Origin: the human T2T-CHM13v2.0 reference genome, Homo sapiens
Length of the DNA: 64,000 bases
Strand: one strand, 5' to 3'
Assembly (NCBI RefSeq): GCF_009914755.1
Contig: NC_060942.1
Positions 38,542 to 54,291 of the stretch are shown one piece after another. The notes below the pieces were generated by a model, which saw only the letters and a program-made list of their open reading frames with translations, made no database searches and had not been told where the DNA came from. A program made the position numbers and the translations under genes. Within the stretch, counting starts at the first letter, position 1. Every line of letters begins with the position of its first letter.

Positions 38542-41225
38542 GCATTCCAATACACCCTGATTCACAATTCATTTTTTCTTTTGAATGGACTTACACTGAT
38601 AGTCATCTAGTTTATCAATTAACTTGGACAGTTCTTCCCCAGGGGTTTAGGGGAAGAACTGGCTAGAGAATTAAAGATGTTACAATTAAATAAGGGCACT
38701 ATTATTCAATATGTAGATGATCTGCTGATTGCTAGCCCAACCAAAGGAGAATCAGATGAAAATGTCATCAGTTTGCTAAATCTTCTGGGAGCTATAGGGT
38801 ATAAGGTCTCGCCACATAAAGCCCAGACTTCAACTCAAGAGGTTAAATACGTAAGATATGTACTAACCCCTGGCACTCAGGCAATCACGCCAGAATGAAG
38901 GGAAGCTATCTTGGGCATTCCAGAACCCCAAACTAGAAAGCAGCTGTGGGCTTTCCTAGGGATGGCAGGCTTCTGTGATTTTTGGGTGCCTGGATTTGGG
39001 CATATAGCTAAGCCTTTATATTAGGCTCTGAAAGGAGCAGATGTATATCTTTTTGAATGGGATAGTAACTGTAAACAAGCTTTTAATGCCCTCAAAGAGA
39101 AATTGGGATCAGCTCCAGCCCTAGGAATCCCTAATCTTAATAAGCCATTTTTCCTCTATATGACTGAAAAACAGGGAACACCCCTAGGTGTCCTTGTATA
39201 GAAGTTGGGAGATATTCCCCAACCAGTGGCATATTTTTCTAAGCAATTAGACCATGTCGCTTTGGGATGGCCTGGATGCCTCAGGGCAGTTGCTGCAACT
39301 GCTCTCTTGGTAGATAAAGCCAATAAACTGACTTTAGGACCAGTCTGAAGGTTTTAAACCCACACCAAGTACAAGGAATCCTAGAAGCTAAAGGACACCA
39401 GTGAATGACAGGGGGACACTTATTGAAATATCAGGCTTTATTACTAGACACTCCTGATATAACACTTAAAGTATGCTGGACATTGAATCCAGCTACCTAC
39501 TTGCCTGCACCCACAGGTGCCCTAGATTATTCTTGTACACAAGTTACTCCAGCCATCCAGATTTAAAGGATGAACCTCTAGAAAATCCTGAGTAGAATGG
39601 TTTACAGACGGAAGTAGCTTTGTGCACCAGGGAAATGGGAAAGCTGGGTATGCTGTTGTCAGTCAAGACAAGGTAATTGAATCTCAGGCCTACCAGCTTC
39701 TACCTCAGCTCAAAATTTGGAATTAGTGGTTTTTATTAGAGCCCTGCAATTGGAAAAGGACTGAAGAATTAGCATTTACACTGATTCTAAGTATGCTTTT
39801 CTGGAACTTCATTCTCATGCTGCTATCTGGAAGGAACGGAGACTCCTAACTGCTAAGGGTTCCCCCAATAAAACGTCACGTAGAAATTCTAAATCTATTA
39901 GATGCTGTTTTGCTGCCCAAGGAAGTAGCTGTAATCCATTGCAGAGGACATCAAAGAGGAGACTCTAGTGTGGCTAAGGGAAACGCCTTTGCAGATGCAG
40001 CTGCTAAGGCAACAGCGTTAAAGGAGCCCGCTGGACTTGTAGGTATGTTAGTGCCCTCACACACGGTAATGACAGAACCTAGGTATACTAAAGAGGAAAA
40101 AGAAAGGGCTAAAGGTTATGGTTTAATTCAAAATCCTTCTGACTGGCTTATCAATGACAACAAACTGTTAATACCAGATGCTAATCAGTGGAAAATAGTT
40201 AAGCATTTGCATAACTCTACTCATTTGGGAAGAGATTCCCTGTTTCAATTAATGTTGCAGCTTTTTATAGGAAAAGGCTTTCTTAAAACAGTAAAGCAGG
40301 TAACTCGGGCCTGTGAATTATGTACCTGGAATAAACCAGATAACCAATCTTTACCTCCTCCTCTAGTAAGGCCTGTTCAGCATAGGGGAACGTACCCTGG
40401 TGAAGATTGGCAAATAGACTATACTCAAATGCCCCCATGTAAAGTGTTTTAATATTTATTAGTATTCATTGACACCTTTACTAGTTGGATTGAGGCTTTT
40501 TCTACTCAGTCTGAAAAGGCAATTGAGGTTGCTAAACTTCTACGAAAGGAAATAATTCCTAGATTTGGGCTGCCTAAGACTTTGCAGAGTAATAATGGCC
40601 CATTTTTCACAGCGACAATTACCCAAAACATATCTTTTGCCTTAGGAATTCAGTACTGCCTTCACTCGGCGTGGAGGCCAGTTTTCAGGGAAAGTAGAAA
40701 GAGCTAATCAAACTCTAAAAAGGACTCTTGCTAAATTATGCCAAGAGGCATCAGAAACCTGGCTGTATGTATTACTTGTAGCCTTATTATGGGTTCCAGT
40801 GGCCCCCTAAGGGTTCCAGCTCAGCCCTTTTCTATGGAAGGCCTTTCTTAACTACAGACCTCCTAATAGATATAGATACTTTCAAGCTACAGAATTATGT
40901 GATCAACTTAGGACAAGTGCAAAATGCACTCCTTGAATATGGAAATCAAAGACTTCCTTCCCCCACTAAGGAAGAGAATTTTGTTATAACCCAGCCTGGA
41001 AACTGGGTCCCATTAAACACTTGGAAGGAAGGATCCCCAGCAGATCAACTTCCCCAAAATGGAAGGAACCCTATTCAAATTCTTCTTAGTACCCCAACTG
41101 CAGTTAAACTTCTGGGAATAAACATCTGGGTCCACTTATCTCGAATTAAACCTGTCTCTTATGAAATCTCACAGGCCGACAGAACACAAGAGACTGATTC
41201 CTGTGAGCCAACCAGTGACCTCTGA
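38041..41225 (+). pseudogene. pol: Retroviral pol (RT-RNaseH-integrase), multiple stops and frameshifts
   Basis: RT: QYPL, PVKKPDGDYRFVQDL, LKDAF, VLPQGF, QYVDDLL. RNase H: WFTDGSS, TDSKYAF, HCRGHQ…GNAFAD. IN: HHCC, WQIDYTQMP, GKVERANQTLK. Confidence 0.93.
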
Positions 41226-41250
41226 CTGCTGTTCAGAAGAAATAAAAGGG

Positions 41251-42524
41251 ATGGGTAACATAAAGATATGGATTGGCATTCTACTTTTGGGTATAAGTTG
41301 GAATCATGCAGATAGTAACTTATTTACCAAGTGGGCACAGACTTTAGCCTCTCTACATAATCACATGAACTGTTGGGTATGTGGAGAATTGCCACTTTCC
41401 TCCACTTCCAGGTTGTTCTGGCATATTCAACTGGCCAACCCAAGTTTATAGGAATTTTATTATGATTGGGAAACTGAACATTATAAACACAGCTCCTCTT
41501 TTTCCATGTATCATAGCCACACAAGCCTTAGCCCCTTTCCCTCCTATAAAGAGACAAGAAGGCACTTTTTAAATCTAATCAAAAACAGCTAAACTCCACC
41601 CCAGCTTTAGGTTATGCTTTACATAATGAACTTGGGTGAATAACAACTGTTCAAGGGCAGGTGTCGGGCAAGGCACCTCCAGGTTTCGAAAGGCACAACA
41701 ATAGTCACCACCAGACTGAAACCCAGGATACGAGATGGCTGTCATTTCAACAACGTAATCAGACCCTTCTTCTAACAGACCAGATTTGGATGGGATGGCA
41801 AAATAATTTGCCAAAAATGAGTGCCTACCCTTCTGCTTCGGGATGGTTATGGGCTTGTAGAACTCATGGCTGGCCATACTTACCTTATAACTGAACTGGA
41901 AGGTGTTCGTGGGGTTGTCCTTATCTCCCAGGACACAACCTCACCAAATTGCACTCTCTGTCATCTAACTGGGAAATTGTAAAAGCTTGCCATAAGCGAC
42001 AAAAGTGGGCATCTTAGTGGTTCTATCCAATGGCTATATTTTTCCCACAGGCAGCTACAGTCAGTACGGAGTTACAAGTTGAAGACGGCCAAGCACACAG
42101 CCGTGCCCTTCAGTAATACACACCATGCCCTTACCCTCCTAACTGAGGAAACTTCTCAGGTTAGACAGGTAGCCTTACAAAACCATATGGCTTTGGACAT
42201 TCTAACAGTTGCCCAAGGGGGAACTTGTGCTTTGATCCAAACCAAATGTTGTCTGTATGTTCCAGACTATTGACATAATATTACCCAGGATATGAAAAAT
42301 TTACACACTCACATCTCTGCCACTGACACACTATCAGTTGACCCAATATTGGCTTGGTTCCAACAACTGCCTAGTTCTTGGAAAGCCTTTCTGTTTAGTT
42401 TAGTTTACCTGGAATTATTTTACTTATTTTGCTTTGCTGTTGTGGAATATATTGTGGTTGTACTCTTTGTGTAGAAATCCAAGACACGCTTACTCCATGC
42501 TTTCTTAAATTGGACACTTATTAA
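41251..42524 (+). pseudogene. env: Retroviral env (gamma-type), disrupted
   Basis: Signal peptide MGNIKIWIGILLLGISW and CWVC motif. Decayed furin site KRQKW at about 41994. ISD LQNHMALDILTVAQGGTC, CX6CC motif and a hydrophobic TM. Confidence 0.9.
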
Positions 42525-42971
42525 CCTTCCAGATATCACCTTTTGTCGGAACTCGGAGTTATGAATGACCTTCACCATACCATTGGTAAATGTTCTCTGA
42601 CTGAGCTTTGCCGTACTCTGGATGCAAGAGACCCTAATAGTTAGGCAGGAATTTCATCGCCCCTATTCAGCCTGAAGAAGTTACAGGATCCTGCAACCCT
42701 TAGGATTAAGGGTCCTCTTGTAAGTGGAGGGAGCAAGATATGTCAGAGGTGTTCAAACCAGAGCAACTCCATTTTGAGTGAGGGTTAGGAAAATTAGGCT
42801 GAGATGTGCTGGGCTGCATTCTCAGAAAATTAGGCATTCCTAGCCTCTAGATGTTTATGGTTAAGGGAACAAATTTATGATGTTTACTGAAGCAGACCCA
42901 GACTTGGGAGTATCCAAATAGCCTGATATCTGGAGAACAAGGGCATTCCTAATTTAAAGATAATAATATCA

Positions 42972-45583
<2,612 letters not shown>

Positions 45584-45934
45584 TTCCTCAGGGATCTAGA
45601 ACTAGAAATACCATTTGACCCAGCCATCCCATTACTGGGTATATACCCAAATGACTATAAATCATGCTGCTATAAAGACACATGCACACGAATGTTTATT
45701 GCGGCATTATTCACAATAGCAAAGACTTGGAACCAACCCAAATGTCCAACAATGATAGACTGGATTAAGAAAATGTGGCACATATACACCATGGAATACT
45801 ATGCAGCCATAAAAAATGATGAGTTCATGTCCTTTGTAGGGACATGGATGAAATTGGAAACCATCATTCTCAGTAAACTATCGCAAGAACAAAAAACCAA
45901 ACACCACATATTCTCACTCATAGGTGGGAATTGA
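45584..45934 (+). pseudogene. ORF2: Remaining ORF2p C-terminus, in frame after the single premature stop
   Basis: Reads [12 protein letters not shown]…SLIGGN* without further interruption. Confidence 0.85.
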
Positions 45935-46443
45935 ACAATGAGATCACATGGACACAGGAAGGGGAACATCACACTCTGGGGACTGTGGTGGGGAGGGGGG
46001 AGGGGGGAGGGATAGCATTGGAAGATATACCTAATGCTAGATGACGAGTTAGTGGGTGCAGCGCACCAGCATGGCACATGTATACATATGTAACTAACCT
46101 GCACAATGTGCACATGTACCCTAAAACTTAAAGTATAATTAAAAAAAAAAAAAAAGAAAGAAAAGTAATCCTTTGTCACAAACCCTGGTAGCAGACCACA
46201 TCTCCCCAAGAGCTATTTTTATCCTATACATATATACACAAGCATTATACCTAGGGTGGATGCGTCCTTCCTCTTACTTTCAGGAACATCCTACTGTGTC
46301 TATGGAGTAGCTGTCCTTTCACCACTTTACTTTCTTAATAAACTTGCTTTTACTTCTCACTGTGGACTAACGCTGAATTCTTCCTTGTGTGAGACCCAAG
46401 AACCCTCTCTTGGGGTCTGGATCAGGACTCCTTTCCGGTAACA

Positions 46444-47233
46444 GAAACAGTGATTTTTTTTACCATCCACTTGACTGGATTGTACAGAGAGATTGAGAGG
46501 CCAGGAGACCGGCTGATAAGAAATTCTTACCCTTTTGCTGGCTGATCCATTCCCTGGATTCTCTTAACTGTGGCTTCCAGAAGAGTGAAGCTATGATCAC
46601 AATGCTCCCTGTGCCAAACTGAAGGGGCCAAGACAGAGCTTCCCCCTGGCCCTCTCAAGGTTCACTGAAAATCACTGACATGAAGCAGATTGATTAAGAG
46701 AAGAAAAGAAGTATAGATTTATGTAACGTGTATACATGGGAGCCTTCACAATGAAGACTCAGCCCTCCAATAGGGTACAGGAATTTATATGCCATCTGGG
46801 GGTTCCAGAAAGAATGCAGGCTCACAGCACGGGCAAACATAGGTTTTAGTGACAAGATAGCTTAAGGGAGGGAGAAAGGAAGATGCCTGGCTAGCAAAGG
46901 TGGTCTTGTCATGTAGATGAAACCTCACAGGTAGCAGCCCTTAGAGAGAATAGATGGTAAATGTCTCTCAGATCTTTAAAATGTCGGACTCTCAGTTAAT
47001 CTCTCCTAGATCTGGACAAGGGAAAGCCTGGCTGCATTAATGGAGATTCTCTACAGATGTAAATTTCCCCCACATTAATACTGCACAAAAATCCCTTTCA
47101 AATGAGAAAACCAAATTTTACCTTTGTATCAGTAAAACTTTGCAGGGCCACATCAGTCAGCTGACCCTGTGGGAGTCATCTCAAAATATGTCAAAGAAAT
47201 ATATTTTGGGGTAAAATATTTTGATTTCCTTCA
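46444..47233 (-). mobile_element. 5' LTR (46620-47233) plus PBS and leader (46444-46619) of an older MER4-group ERV1
   Basis: LTR tgaaggaaatc…cccttca is followed on the minus strand by 'tttggcacagggagca' (tRNA-Ser-like PBS) and leader with 'aagggtaagaa'. Confidence 0.8.
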
Positions 47234-47987
47234 AGGATGAACTCAAGGTGCCTTAAAGCCCAGTCCACAGAATCTTCTGGTATCTCTTCTCATGCACCAT
47301 GAGGCCCTGCTGAGGAGAGGGTTGAACCTGCAGCCGGGGATCCTGGGCTAAGCCTCAGCGCAGCCTTCCAGAGGAATATTTATATCCCCAAGGAAGAATT
47401 TTCTCACTGAATATAGAAAATGTCTTCTCCACTTGTTCTTCCATTAAACACGGGAGAATTTGGAGGCTTTCCTCAAATGGGTTCTTAGAAACTGAAGTCA
47501 CATCACCTCCGGAAGATGGGGGCTCAGTCTGTTTCTCAACAGATACTTTACTAGGAAGCTCTGCACTGCCAGGCCATGACCTCATCCATTGTCTCCTTTT
47601 TCTCCCCTCACAACTTCCTTTTCCTCTACAAATTGGTGAAGCTGGTCAATTTTCATGTATTCAAGGTCAGGGAGGTACTAATGCAAAGACCAAAAGTGGC
47701 TTATTTGCATATTTAAAGGATGTTTATTATAGAGGTGTTTGTAATGGCAAAACAACAACAACCAAAATGCAAAGAGCCTAGACATCCAGCCAGTTATGGT
47801 ATAATGACACACAAGGCAGCCTCATACAGTGAAATCAAGTGCAAGAATCAAAGCACAGAACAGAATTCAAAAGTATATACACGCAGCATATACACATTGC
47901 CTTTTATACAGAGAGAAAGGTTCTGAAATTATACAACCAAAAACTTCACAATTTTACCTCCAGGATGGTGGGCTGGGGAGGGCAAAA

Positions 47988-48536
47988 TTAGACAGGAATA
48001 ATACAGGGTGGTTGTAAAAGAGTAGAAAATTCCAAGAGCAGCTTCACTTGGCTAGCAAAAAGGGAACGACTGAAATAGCTGCATAGGCTAGGGACTGAGA
48101 GCACCATGAAAATCGTGTGGGCCAACCTGGCTAAGACCGACTGGACCCAGTGTGGTGCTGGATTTGACCTCATTATACTCTCATTAACATACTAAATCAC
48201 ACATCTGCCAGTACAATGACAGTTCCAGGAACACCCATATTTGGTGTAAAAATGGGTAGCACCACTATCGCAATAAATCTTCACATTTTCCCAGGAATTT
48301 TCATGAATATTCCATCCCTTGGTTAAAGAAACCTATAATGATAAAAGCCCCAAAGTCCATTGTGTGACTCTCTTAAGCCTGCACACCCCTTTCTTGCGTG
48401 TGTACTTTTCGCTATGCCATAAATCTCTGTACTTTCACTGTTTTCCGACTCGTCCTTGGATTCCTTCTTGCCTGGACACTGGCCAGGGCTGAGGTCTCAC
48501 TGGCATTTGGGGACCTCCCCCAGCCCACCTGTATCA
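47988..48536 (+). mobile_element. ERV1 solo LTR (MER66-like)
   Basis: Starts 'ttagacaggaataatacagggtgg' and ends 'cccacctgtatca'. Confidence 0.75.
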
Positions 48537-48629
48537 ATACCAGAAGGAAGATCTACCTTTTACTTTACAGAGTTTGAAATTTTGTTTCCATAAACACATA
48601 CTACTTTTGATCATTTAAAAATCATTTTT

Positions 48630-49035
48630 TCGTGTTTAAAAATTGTGGTAAATATACATAACATAAAATTTACTAACTTAATCATAAGTATATAGTTCAG
48701 AAGTGTTAAGCACTTTCACACTGTTGAGCAGCCATCATTGCCAAAACTATTTCATCTTTCCAAATTGAAACTCACTATCTATGAAACAAGTCCTTATTTC
48801 CACCTTTCTTCAGTCCTTGGCATTCTAGTTTCTGTCTCTATGAAGCTGGCTACTTCAAGTATCCCATATAAGTGGAAACATACAATGTTTGCCTTTTTGT
48901 GTCTAGTTTGTTTCACATAGAATAATGTCCTCAAGCCTCATCCATGTTGTAGCATGTGTCCACATTTCCTTCCTTTTATAGTCTACTCCCATTGTATGTA
49001 CACATTTTTGTTTATTCATTCATCAGTGGATGGAA
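48630..49035 (-). mobile_element. L1MA/MB 3'UTR fragment
   Basis: 'aattgtggtaaaatatacataacataaaattt…catccatgttgtagcatgtgtc'. Confidence 0.8.
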
Positions 49036-49439
49036 ATAATTTTTTAAAAAGGTACCGGGCTGAGTTAATATAAGTTGAGTTCAGTAAAGAGATGAATTTA
49101 CATCTAGATGTTTAAATTTCTTCTAAAGTAGCATTTGAAAGAAAATTTGGCACCACTACATACAATGATTTTTCAATAAAAAAGAAGGTAAACAAAATTG
49201 ATCATAAAGTGAAGAAACAATGTAAGAAATAGACCAGAACCTGGTACCCCAAGGCTGCAAGCCTGGCACAGGTGAAAGGGTAAGCCAAGTAAAGGCAAGG
49301 ACCCCAAGGGAGGTGGCACCAGTGCAGACCAGAGCACACCAATGTACCAGCTGGCGGTTTCTGTCGGCAGCACACAGTTGTACTGGGGATGTGCTTCAGG
49401 AGCTCTGTGAGAGCTGATTCAACCTTCCCTCTTGCAAGT

Positions 49440-49660
49440 CCAAAGACCCTGAGCCAAGTTGCCTGTGTTTAAATTGCTGTCCTGTTGCTGACTGACTGTG
49501 TGCTCTGGGGCAGACCACATAACCTTCAGAGCTTCCATTTCCTTATCTGGGATGGGGATGATATACAAATTTCATAGATTGTTATAAGAATGAAAGAATT
49601 AATATATGCTATGGGCTTAGAGCAGCATCTTCTACATAATAAACCCTCTTGAAATAACTA
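49440..49660 (+). mobile_element. MIR
   Basis: Core 'ccatttccttatctgggatgggg…gttataagaatgaaagaattaatatatg'. Confidence 0.65.
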
Positions 49661-50896
49661 TCAAGGGTTATAATTGTTATCATCATTACAATTACCATCA
49701 TTATTATTGTTACAGGCTGTTTAAAAAAAACTATCATAAAAACATCATACATACACAACAGGGAATGTATCAAATTTAATCACCCTAACTTGCACTGACA
49801 GATTTGTCCAAGATACACACAGAAAAAAACTTTTTTTTAACCAAGAATTCTGATTAGTAGTGCAATTAAGTTAAATTTAAGGGAATAAAGTAATTTCTTT
49901 TTTACATTGGTGGGTAGACAGGTTTTTTTTAAGTTTATATTAATAGAATTGTTTAAGATGCAATGACTAACTATAGATGACAAAAATTTGATAAGGAGAG
50001 AAAATTCTAGTTTCTCTAAATCCAGAACTCTGTAGCAGAGCTATGTGGTATAAACTGTACCTGTACCGCAAGCAGTTTTTGTAGGTATTGATTTGTTAAT
50101 GTGCTGTTAGCTGAGCCTATTTATCATTGAGTAGTACCACAGTTTACTTACATTTATTACAGCAAAGTCCATCCTGCCTGTTTCCCTCCCCTGCACCCCA
50201 TGCTCTCTGATAATGTCTCCTTCTCCCCCGCCCACCTCCTCTGAAGACCTTTCTGTGTAAAATATATTCCATTACACAACAAACAATTATTTAAAAAATT
50301 ACAAAAATCCACCAGTGGCTATTTAACAACTATAAGGAAGGTATTCCAATCTTTTAGAAACTTACATGACTATTCAGGGCATCCCAGCAGCCTATCAGTC
50401 TCAATTCTTTCTACCCAATTACCTATCAAGACTTTTTACTAGACAGTCCACTCCCAAGAAGAAAATCTATTGTCCATCCTTTAGACTACTTTTTAGCCTT
50501 GTAACATGAATAGACATCTCTATTTCAAGACAAATTCAACAAACCAGGGCTTGTAGTCACCCTCCCTGGATCCCATAGCTCAGGGTCCATAGTTCCAGGG
50601 CAGTGAAAAGATGTTATTTGTGTTTATCATATGCAGTGCCCTTGTCAACATTGGTGCATGAAGTGGGTAAACTGCAGCATCTATCTGCTTCAGAGAAATT
50701 CACTGGGAAGTGTTTATGGAAATCGACCCACCACCTGACTACTTGCTCCTCACTCAAGTAATGTCAGGTGGGAATGCAAATAGCTTGTTGCAATCTTTCG
50801 GCCAATATTAAGGGTAACATACAAGTCACTTTCCCAGTGCTTGGAGAACATCAAATCCTCTTGTTAGTGATGCAGTATACCCAAAAGGAAACTGAC

Positions 50897-51346
50897 TGTA
50901 TTGGGTTGAAGAGCTCCCCTCCCTGCGCCTCCCCACCCCCCAGATTTGTGTTCACCTGGAATCACAAATAGGACCTTACTTGGAAATAGGGTCTTTGCAG
51001 ATGCAATCAAGTTAAGATGAGGTTGTACTGAATTAGGGTGGGCCCTAAATCCAATATTCATAGTATTTTTATAAGAAGGGGGAAATTTGGACACAGAGAC
51101 AAATGCACACTGGGAAGAAGACCATGTGAAGATGGAAATTAGCGTGGTACATCTACAAGTCTTGCTGGCAAGGACCGTCAAGGAAGGATTCTTGATCCTA
51201 AAGCCTTTGGAGGAAGCCTAGTGCACCCCTGCTGATACTCTAATTTTAGATGTCTGACCTCCAGAGCTGTCAGAGAATACATTTCTATTGTTTTAAGTTA
51301 CCTAGTTTCTGGTATTTTGTTCCAGCAGCATCAGCAAACTAATACA
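50897..51346 (+). mobile_element. MaLR solo LTR (MLT1B/C)
   Basis: TG…CA ends with a perfect TSD ctgac. Confidence 0.9.
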
Positions 51347-53474
51347 CTGACCAAGACACATCCATTGCCAAGATAATTTCACACCCACTAGACTGTCAGT
51401 TTCAGGAGGGCAGGAACTGTCTATCCTGATCATGGTTATATCTCCACTACTTTCAGCAGCGTTTGGTACCTACTAGGTATTCAATACAGTTTAGTTGAAT
51501 TCAAGAGGAATGAGTTTCCTTGATTCTCATCATAGCCCCAATTTCATATTGAGTGAGCATCAGTGCAAAGGCTCATGCAAGAGGGAAGGTCTAGGCCCAG
51601 AATCCACTCCTGCAACCCCAGTGAAGCACTGCTTTCTGTACATGTAATTGTGCACCTGGATGTCTGGGCCCACGGTTTGCTGTGCTATGCCTGAAAGTTC
51701 CCTGGTTTGCCCAAGTCTGAGGCCATCCTGTTTGTGGAGCATCTCTAGCCTGTGGGAACTTAACCTGAGATAACCTCCTTAGGTTGAGCCGCTTGGTCTT
51801 CACACCCTTCTTGGTCTGGTAGACACAATGGGAGCTCCAAATTATCATATGAGCAGAATTCCTAGGAAAAGCAAGTAAATTTGGTTTCTTATCCCTTACC
51901 CAAGAGTCCAGCTTATATATGACTTCACACAGCTCCAAGTAAATGATAGGAAAAAAAACAGTAACTACTTGAAATACTGAGCAGACCTGGTCAAGAAGAC
52001 ATGGCCAAGGTCACATTGTAATCACCCACAGTACCAGCCAAGACTCCTGACATGTCACTGAGACCTGTGTAAATTGCCATTTTAGACATCAAGCATCAAC
52101 AACCCAGAATGATTGTCCAGGTTCTTGGCAATCATTGACAATTTAAAATGTTTCAATTTGCTACTAAAATAGAATGAAAATGCCAGTCATTATCAATAAT
52201 TTCTCATCCTGAAATTGCAAATTTAGCTTTGATTTTTATAATTAGCTAGAAATGAATTTTAAAAGTCCTCCGAAAATTCAAGGATCTTGTTATACCAAAG
52301 GCGATGTCAAATTTGATAATCCTCTCGCTACCTGCCTGCCAATGCTTCGGCAGCTTGTGCCCAGAACTCCCACCCCACAGAAGAAAATGAACTCATTGTG
52401 CTGCGGATTATGCTTAGGAACAGAAAGTGAGGATTACGTCATGTGTACAGAGCCAGGAGTGTTACACTCCTAGAAAAACCTAGCATTGTATAAGAGCAGG
52501 TCCTTAAACGACACGAATGAAAAGCAAGAACTTCTGTGCCTTTCACAGCAAGAGTCCTCCAACACCCAACCCTGTGCTCCATCACTAAACACTAGCCTGA
52601 AGGAAGGAAGGAGAACACACCCTCAAGACTTTTCCTTTCCTCCAGATACATCAGTTTTGCTTCCAGAGTTCACCGTCTTCCTTGATTGCTACAATAAGGA
52701 GAATTATGTATCCTTCTGGGTCAGACACTAAAACCAAGTCCAGGCCTGAAACACTGTCCTTGGTCACAGCATTCATTGCCTTTCCTCCAGCTACCTTTCT
52801 AGAAGGGCTCTTACACGGCTCTTTTCCCTCTACTGATATCTATCCTCAGATCTTTTGCACCAACCTGAACAACAGCCCACCTTTGACCCCATGTCTTTAG
52901 CAAGTTCTCACTTCTCTTCTTCCTGTCTTCACAATCAAGTTCTATTGACTTCCTCACCTCCAGTTCTCTCTCTAAACCATGGGATTCATCATTCCCCAGT
53001 GCTGCAGTTAAATTACCTGCATTAACTTGACCACAAATTAATAGTCACCAAGGAGTACAATGGATTCTTCCTGGGCCTTTTTTTTTTTTAACCTTTATGT
53101 AACAATTTAGATTATTAATGACATCTTGCTGCGAAAATCTCTTTCCTTTTACATTTCACTGCAGTTTCTCCTACCTCCGGCCACTCATTCTGTTTCCTTT
53201 GCTGATTCTTGACCTTCCCATTTGCCTCCTGAATTTTAGGGTTCTCTTAAGTTCCATCCTTGGTCTTCTTGTTCATGTCCTCCATATACAAGTGGGTGCT
53301 ATCATCTATACTCAAAGTTTTCTCTACCGTAAGACAGCTTTGCTGATGACAGACAAATCTAGATTTCCATTTAAATATTGCACCTACCCAACAAAATCTA
53401 TTTAAGGCTGAATATTTCCTTTTCTCCAGTATCTACTTATTTTCTAATATTCCCTTTCCTTGTTTATAGTAATA

Positions 53475-54291
53475 GAGTTGAGCTTGGAACAACAATAGGA
53501 GTTAGGAGTGCCAACCGCCATCTTCCCATGCAGTCAAAACTCCACATATAACTTTTGACTCCTCCAATACTTATCTACTAATAGTCTACTGTTGACCAGA
53601 AGCATTACTAATAACAGAAATAGTTGACTAACACATATTTTGTATGTGTTATATATATTTTGGATATGTATAAGATACTATATTTTTACAATAAAGCAAA
53701 CTAGAGAAAATAAAATGTTATTAAGAAAACAATAAGGAAGAGAAACTACTATCCTGCATTAGTCCATTTTCACACTGCTGATAAAGACATACCCGAGGCT
53801 GGGTAATTTACAAAAGAAAGAGGTTTAATGGACTTACAGTTCCATGTGACTGGGGAAGGCTCATAATCACAGTAGAAGGCAAGGAGGAGCAAGTCACCTC
53901 TTACATGGATGGCAGCAGGCAAAAGAGCTTGTGCAGGGAAACTCCACCTTACAAGACCAACAGATCTCATGAGACTTATTCACTATCATGAGAAGAGCAT
54001 GGGAAAGCCCTGCCCCCATGATTCAATTATCTCCCTCCAGGCCCCTCCCACAACATGTGGGAATTCAGGATGAGATTTGGGTGGGCACACAGCCAAACCA
54101 TATCATATTTTTTACGTGGAAATGAATCATCATAAAGGTTTTCATCCTCATCATCTTCATGTTGAGGAGGCCAAAGAGGAGGAGGAGGAAGAGGGGGGTT
54201 TCTCTTGCTGTCTCAGAGGTGGCAGAGGCAGAAGAAAATCTGCATATAAGTGGACCCACAGTTCATATCCATGTTGTTCAAGTGTCAACTG
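53475..54291 (-). mobile_element. Tigger2a-like Tc1/mariner DNA transposon
   Basis: TIRs 'gagttgagcttggaacaac' / 'gttgttcaagtgtcaactg', with a GAG-rich internal block. Confidence 0.8.
53755..54105 (-). mobile_element. THE1 (B-D) solo LTR nested in Tigger2a
   Basis: tgcattagtccattttcacactgctgataaagacatacccgag…cacagccaaaccatatca. Confidence 0.92.

Noticed and set aside
41251-42524. env as a domesticated syncytin-like gene
   Set aside because: Multiple stops and frameshifts, and a mutated furin site (KRQKW). The longest pieces are under 100 aa.
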